The notes below the pieces were generated by a model. It saw nothing but the letters and a program-made list of their open reading frames with translations, did no database searches and was not told where the DNA came from. This document shows positions 9,624-13,549 of a stretch of 13,549 nucleotides of DNA, one piece after another (the first letter of the stretch is position 1; every line of letters starts with the position of its first letter). The DNA comes from Anthoceros angustus (taxonomy: Eukaryota > Plantae > Anthocerotophyta), in contig VJWM01000415.1 of assembly GCA_010909165.1 (NCBI GenBank), forward strand, positions 1 to 13,549. Reading direction: 5' to 3'. The position numbers and the translations under genes are program-made.

Positions 9624-9971
9624 AACCTTTGACCGCCCTCCGCCCGTCTGGGGTCGTCGACCCGTTCTTCTTCCCGGGATATCCTCTTCGCCTTCCTAAC
9701 AATATCCTACAACTCTAGCTTCAAGATTCTCGAAAATTTTGGCATGCCTCTTCAATCGTTCTAGCCAAAAAAATCAAACTTGTTTGTCTTGGCTCTTTTG
9801 GGTTGCCCAAACTTTTATGCTCCACATGAACTAACGTTTTTGTAGGCATATAATTTACCTGCACCCTTAATATGTAAGTGTCACATATCCTATTGTGTCA
9901 TCTTGAATGAGTCATTGGAATCGTGGACAAGAGACATGAATTAAAAGAAACTAACAAGAAGAATATTTGTG

Positions 9972-9988
9972 ATATATATATATATATA
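9972..9988. repeat. (AT)n microsatellite
   Basis: ATATATATATATATATA seen directly. Confidence 0.95.
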
Positions 9989-10082
9989 ACATCATGATAT
10001 GGATACAATGCACACAAAAGCCCGAATGAAGCACTCTAAGAACTTAAGATTTGGCATATTTCTTGTCTTAAAGATAAAATGA

Positions 10083-11495
10083 GACTTTACTATAAAAGAG
10101 ATGGAAAAACCCATCCACCCCAACAAAGGGGAAAAACCCAATGAAGAGCACCATGCCGTGGGGACTAGCCCCCACGATCACGCATTCAAAACCACCAACC
10201 GCTCGAAGAACTTCGTGGTTTGGGATGTGAAAAGACCTACCACCATGTCGACGACGCCGCACTTGACGCTCATTGTCGCTCAGCCTGTGTTGGCCAATGC
10301 CCTCTACAGAGCGGAAACCCTCCGAAGAAAGCAACAATACAACAAAGGGAGGCCAACCCCATTCTTGCGGTACGTGATAAGCCTTGAGAAGGCCTTGACA
10401 AACTGGAGAAATCTTTGCCCATGGCTCTGTGAGTCTCGATGGTAAGAGGGACAGGCGGCGTCCCGCCACGAGAGTAATGTGTGGACCTTAACTATCGCGC
10501 ATCCTCTCGCCGCCCAACTGGAGGGTTAAGAATAACATATTCGCAGACACTATCCGGGTGGGGCCGCTACAACCACATTAGCAACCGGAACTTGATCCCC
10601 GGGTCAAAATAGATCGACTTAAGCGAAACCCCGGTGAGTAGGGTAAGGGCGCTCCCTCAATAGAAGGAACCCGCCTTCCTAGCAATAGAGAACATGACGC
10701 CCTGGGCGCTGGCGCGTGGCGATACACCGCCCACCGGACACAGCCAAGTACGCCCCTGAGTCATCGAGGAGCCTTGCTGCCCAAGTTGAAAAGACAAGCG
10801 GAGGATGGACCAAGCCTAGGCAAAACGCATGTGATGGAAAAATTATTGGTGCGATGTAGAACGCTCAATCTTGGACAATGAATCTTGTTTAAAAGGACGC
10901 TTTGGACATACCAAATATACAAAGTTAAGAACATCATTATTAAAGTTCTTTAGAGAATAAAGTTTTTAACTTCCTAATCGAACTTCTTTGGGTGAATCCT
11001 CTTGAATGAGTTGTCATAGTCATAATTTTTATTTAATTATAAAAATTAAAAATTAAAATAAATTAAAAGTGTCATCACACGTTCTCCGTGACTAGGTAAG
11101 TGAGTTGGAAATGGAAATGGGATAAGAATCGCTTCTCTTCCTCTAAAACAACAATAAGTCTCGGCCCCAAAACTTGGAATTCTGTTTATGCATTAAGGGT
11201 TCCCACATACATATTGATACGCTACCGGAGTACATAAAGTAGAATGGATACATGTGTACTTTTAGAGCCGTGATTAAGAGGTCATTGCCGGCTGGGCTAT
11301 GCGAGTCTGACGTATTCCCTACTATTGTATGCAGCTCAATCTATGTTTGGGTATGCCTGACATTGAATGAAAACAAATGTACAATGGCTTAATTGTGAAC
11401 TCTATAAATGGGATTCCTCTCTAAATGGGACCTCCCATCCTACTCCCTTTAGTTTACAATGTAATAAATGGGACTTTTCCCTAAATGGTAATTGG
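10083..11495 (+). repeat. Tandem duplication, unit 1 (1413 bp)
   Basis: Begins GACTTTACTATAAAAGAGATGGAAAAACCCATCC; the same text restarts at 11496 and the two units are collinear throughout. Confidence 0.93.
10090..10912 (-). mobile_element. 5'-truncated CRE-like non-LTR retrotransposon fragment (zinc knuckle + restriction-like endonuclease), copy 1
   Basis: Minus-strand stitched peptides: FSI.(M)RF.LGLVHP, LLDDSGAYLAVSGGRCIAT, VMFSIARKAG..LRER, VDL, VANVVVA.PT, AIVKVH, VPLTIETHRAMGKDF, RVSAL.RALA. The order and content match the C-terminus of CRE-type elements (RLGLP..C.C..D..G.H..C..RH..RD; D-x-D; K..Y; FVPLAIET.G; QRVSVALQRA). Confidence 0.72.
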
Positions 11496-12848
11496 GACTT
11501 TACTATAAAAGAGATGGAAAAACCCATCCACCCCAACAAAGGGGAAAACCCAATGAAGAGCACCATGCAGAGGACTAGCCCCCACGATCACGCATTTCAA
11601 AACCACCAACCGTCAAGAACTTGGTTTGGGATGTGAAAAGACCTACTTACCGATGTCAGTGCATCTCCCACTCATTGTCGTTACAGCCTGTGTTGGCCAA
11701 TGCCCTCTGGGCGGCAAACCCTCTGGGAAAGCAACAATACAACAAAGGGAGGCCAACCCCATTCTTGCGGTGATAAGCCTTGGAGAAGGCCTTGACAAAC
11801 ACAAATCTTTGCCCATGGCTCTGTGAGTCTCGATGGTAAGAGGGACAAAGGCGTGTCGCCTCACGAGTGCGTGGACCTTAACTATCGCGCATCCTCTGCC
11901 GCCCAACTGGAGGTTAAGAATAACATATTGAGACACTATCCCGGGTGGGGTCTGTTACAACCACATTAGCGGAACTTGATCCCCCGGTCAAAATAGATCG
12001 ACTCTAAACCCCGGTGAGTAGGGTGGCGCTCCTCAATAGAAGGAACCCGCCTTCCTAGCAATAGAGAACATGACGTTGGGCGTCATGCGTGGATCGCCCA
12101 CCCAGACGGCGAGCCAAGTACGTCACAGGTCATCGAGGAGCCTTGCACTCAAGTTGAAAGACAAGCCGGAGGATGGACCAAGCCTGCAAAAGCATCGTGA
12201 TGGAAAAAAATTATTGTGCGATAGACGCCTCAATCTTTGGACAATGAATCTTGTTTAAAAAAGGTTGGACATACCAAATATACAAAGTTAAACATCATTA
12301 TTAAAGTTCTTAGAGAATAAAGTTTTTAACTTCCTAATCGAACTTCTTTGGGTGAATCACTCTTGAAATGAGTTGTCATAGTCATAATTTTTATTTAATT
12401 ATAAAAATTAAAATTAAAATAAATTAAAAGTGTCATCACACGTTCTCCTCGTGACTAGGTAAGTGAGTTGGAAATGGAAATGGGATAAGAATCGCTTCTC
12501 TTCCTCTAAAACAACAATAAGTCTCATTAAAACTTGGAATTCTGTTGTCGCATTAAGGGTTCCCACCTTCATATTGATCGCTACCGGAGTACATAAAGTA
12601 GAATGGATACATGTGTGTAAGAGCCGTGATTAAGAGGTCGATCAGCAGGCTATCACGTCTGACGTATTCCCTACTATTGTATGCAGCTCAATCTATGTTT
12701 GGGGTATGCACATTGAATGAAAACAAAATGCATGGCTAATTGTGAACTCTATAAATGGGATTCCTCTCTAAATGGGACCTCCCATCCTACTCCCCTTTAG
12801 TTTACAATGTAATAAATGGGACTTTTCCCTAAATGGTAATTGGGACCT
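11496..12848 (+). repeat. Tandem duplication, unit 2 (~1350 bp)
   Basis: Collinear with unit 1 but with many small indels; ends at CCCTAAATGGTAATTGGGAC, the same sequence that ends unit 1. Confidence 0.93.
11500..12275 (-). mobile_element. CRE-like non-LTR retrotransposon fragment, copy 2 (duplicate)
   Basis: Same motifs as copy 1: THDA..VMFSI, ANVVVTDPTRDSV, and CAIVKVH..FVPLTIETHRAMGKD (in ORF 11643..11936). Confidence 0.72.
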
Positions 12849-12883
12849 TTTTACATTCATGTTAGTTTCACTCCTAAATGGGA
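12752..12883 (+). repeat. Cluster of short TAAATGGGA direct repeats (also at 11405-11496)
   Basis: TAAATGGGA or TAAATGGTA occurs five times within ~130 bp, plus a partial TTGGGA; in unit 1 at 11405, 11422, 11465 and 11482. Confidence 0.6.
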
Positions 12884-13399
12884 TTTCTAATTTTTACTAA
12901 AAAATTAAAATAAATAAGAAAAGGGAATCGATTATTTCAGAGCACAATAGACTTTTAGGTGTGATTAAAGACTCTTAAGCTAAGCTTTTCCTTTATGATA
13001 GGTAGAAATTTTTTGTTGATGTTTGAAAGTGCTAGCTTTCAAACAACTATCTGAGAAGTACTAAAAGTTATTTTTAGTGAAACCTATCAATCAAAATTAA
13101 AATTTTCTTTTTTTGGATATTTTTAGTTTTTAAAGTTTACAATATTTTTATTATTATTAAATAGGGAAAATATAATCGACACCTCCTTAATGGGACGGGT
13201 GTGGACTGTATGTTTATATACTACAGCCGTGGTGGAGAGGTCGACCCGCGGCAGCAGCAGCATGGTGGAGAGTACTAGTTCTCTCGGAACTGCTGCAGCA
13301 TCCCGCTTCGTATTTATTTCGCATATGCATGTGTGTTTTATTGTCGATATCATCCAATTTAATACAAAAAACAACCCTGATGTACGGTTAAAGTATGAG

Positions 13400-13549
13400 A
13401 CATCAGACCTACGGCGAGCAGCAGAGAGCAGTGCGGGGGCCGGGAGGCTCCACGCCATGTACACCAGGCAGGACGATGGCAGGCCCCAGCCGCCGCACTC
13501 TGCGCAACTGCTGGTCCCGCGGGCCGAGCATCGCAATCCTGCCGTTCAG
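13400..13549 (-). other. GC-rich segment, possible host exon fragment cut by the window edge
   Basis: Abrupt rise in GC after AT-rich DNA. The first minus-strand codons at the window edge read LNGRIAMLG, resembling the light-harvesting-complex helix motif ExxNGRxAMxG. Confidence 0.2.

Larger units (their letters stand above)
5065..9826 (-). mobile_element. Diverged solo-type LTR (4762 bp) of the same family, inverted
   Basis: The minus strand starts TGTGGAGCATAAAAGTTTGGGCAAC at 9826, matching the left LTR start, and ends ACTCTAGCCACA at 5065. Collinear homologous blocks include 1555-2200 vs 8820-8130, 3130-3240 vs 6975-6860 and 4120-4990 vs 5950-5110. No PPT upstream and no PBS downstream. 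Confidence 0.8.

Noticed and set aside
416-9826. The large inverted repeat as a fold-back or missed-adapter read chimera
   Set aside because: The arms stop exactly at biological TG...CA termini, the outer flanks are unrelated, the spacer is not palindromic, and the arms differ by synonymous and CpG-type substitutions and by non-alignable blocks.
10101-10445. Plus-strand ORFs 10101..10445, 11367..11636 and 11626..11826 as genes
   Set aside because: They are antisense to the CRE-like coding remnant, their frames differ between the duplicated units, and 11367..11636 spans the duplication junction.
13123-13536. 137-aa minus-strand ORF as a complete gene
   Set aside because: It runs from GC-rich into AT-rich, intron- or UTR-like sequence with no recognisable domain and a non-ATG start.

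Overview
Repeat-rich, plant-like nuclear DNA made almost entirely of transposable elements; I found no intact host gene. The window opens with the frameshifted 3' end of a Ty3/gypsy integrase (Athila/Tat-like, no chromodomain), a polypurine tract and a very long 3' LTR (416-5025, TGTGG...CCACA). Only 39 bp later, a diverged LTR of the same family lies in the opposite orientation (5065-9826, also TGTGG...CCACA), giving a ~9.4 kb imperfect inverted repeat. Each LTR contains, upstream of its TATA box (U3), a disrupted reading frame whose core is conserved between the copies with synonymous codon changes, plus three clusters of a CCTACCAYGGTAGG-type palindrome. Downstream is a ~1.4 kb tandem duplication (10083-11495 and 11496-~12848). 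Each unit holds a minus-strand 3' fragment of a CRE-like non-LTR retrotransposon (CCHC knuckle plus restriction-like endonuclease). The last ~150 bp are GC-rich and may be part of an exon. Frequent 1-bp indels suggest noisy sequence, so some frameshifts may be artefacts. All alignments were done by eye; no database searches were run.
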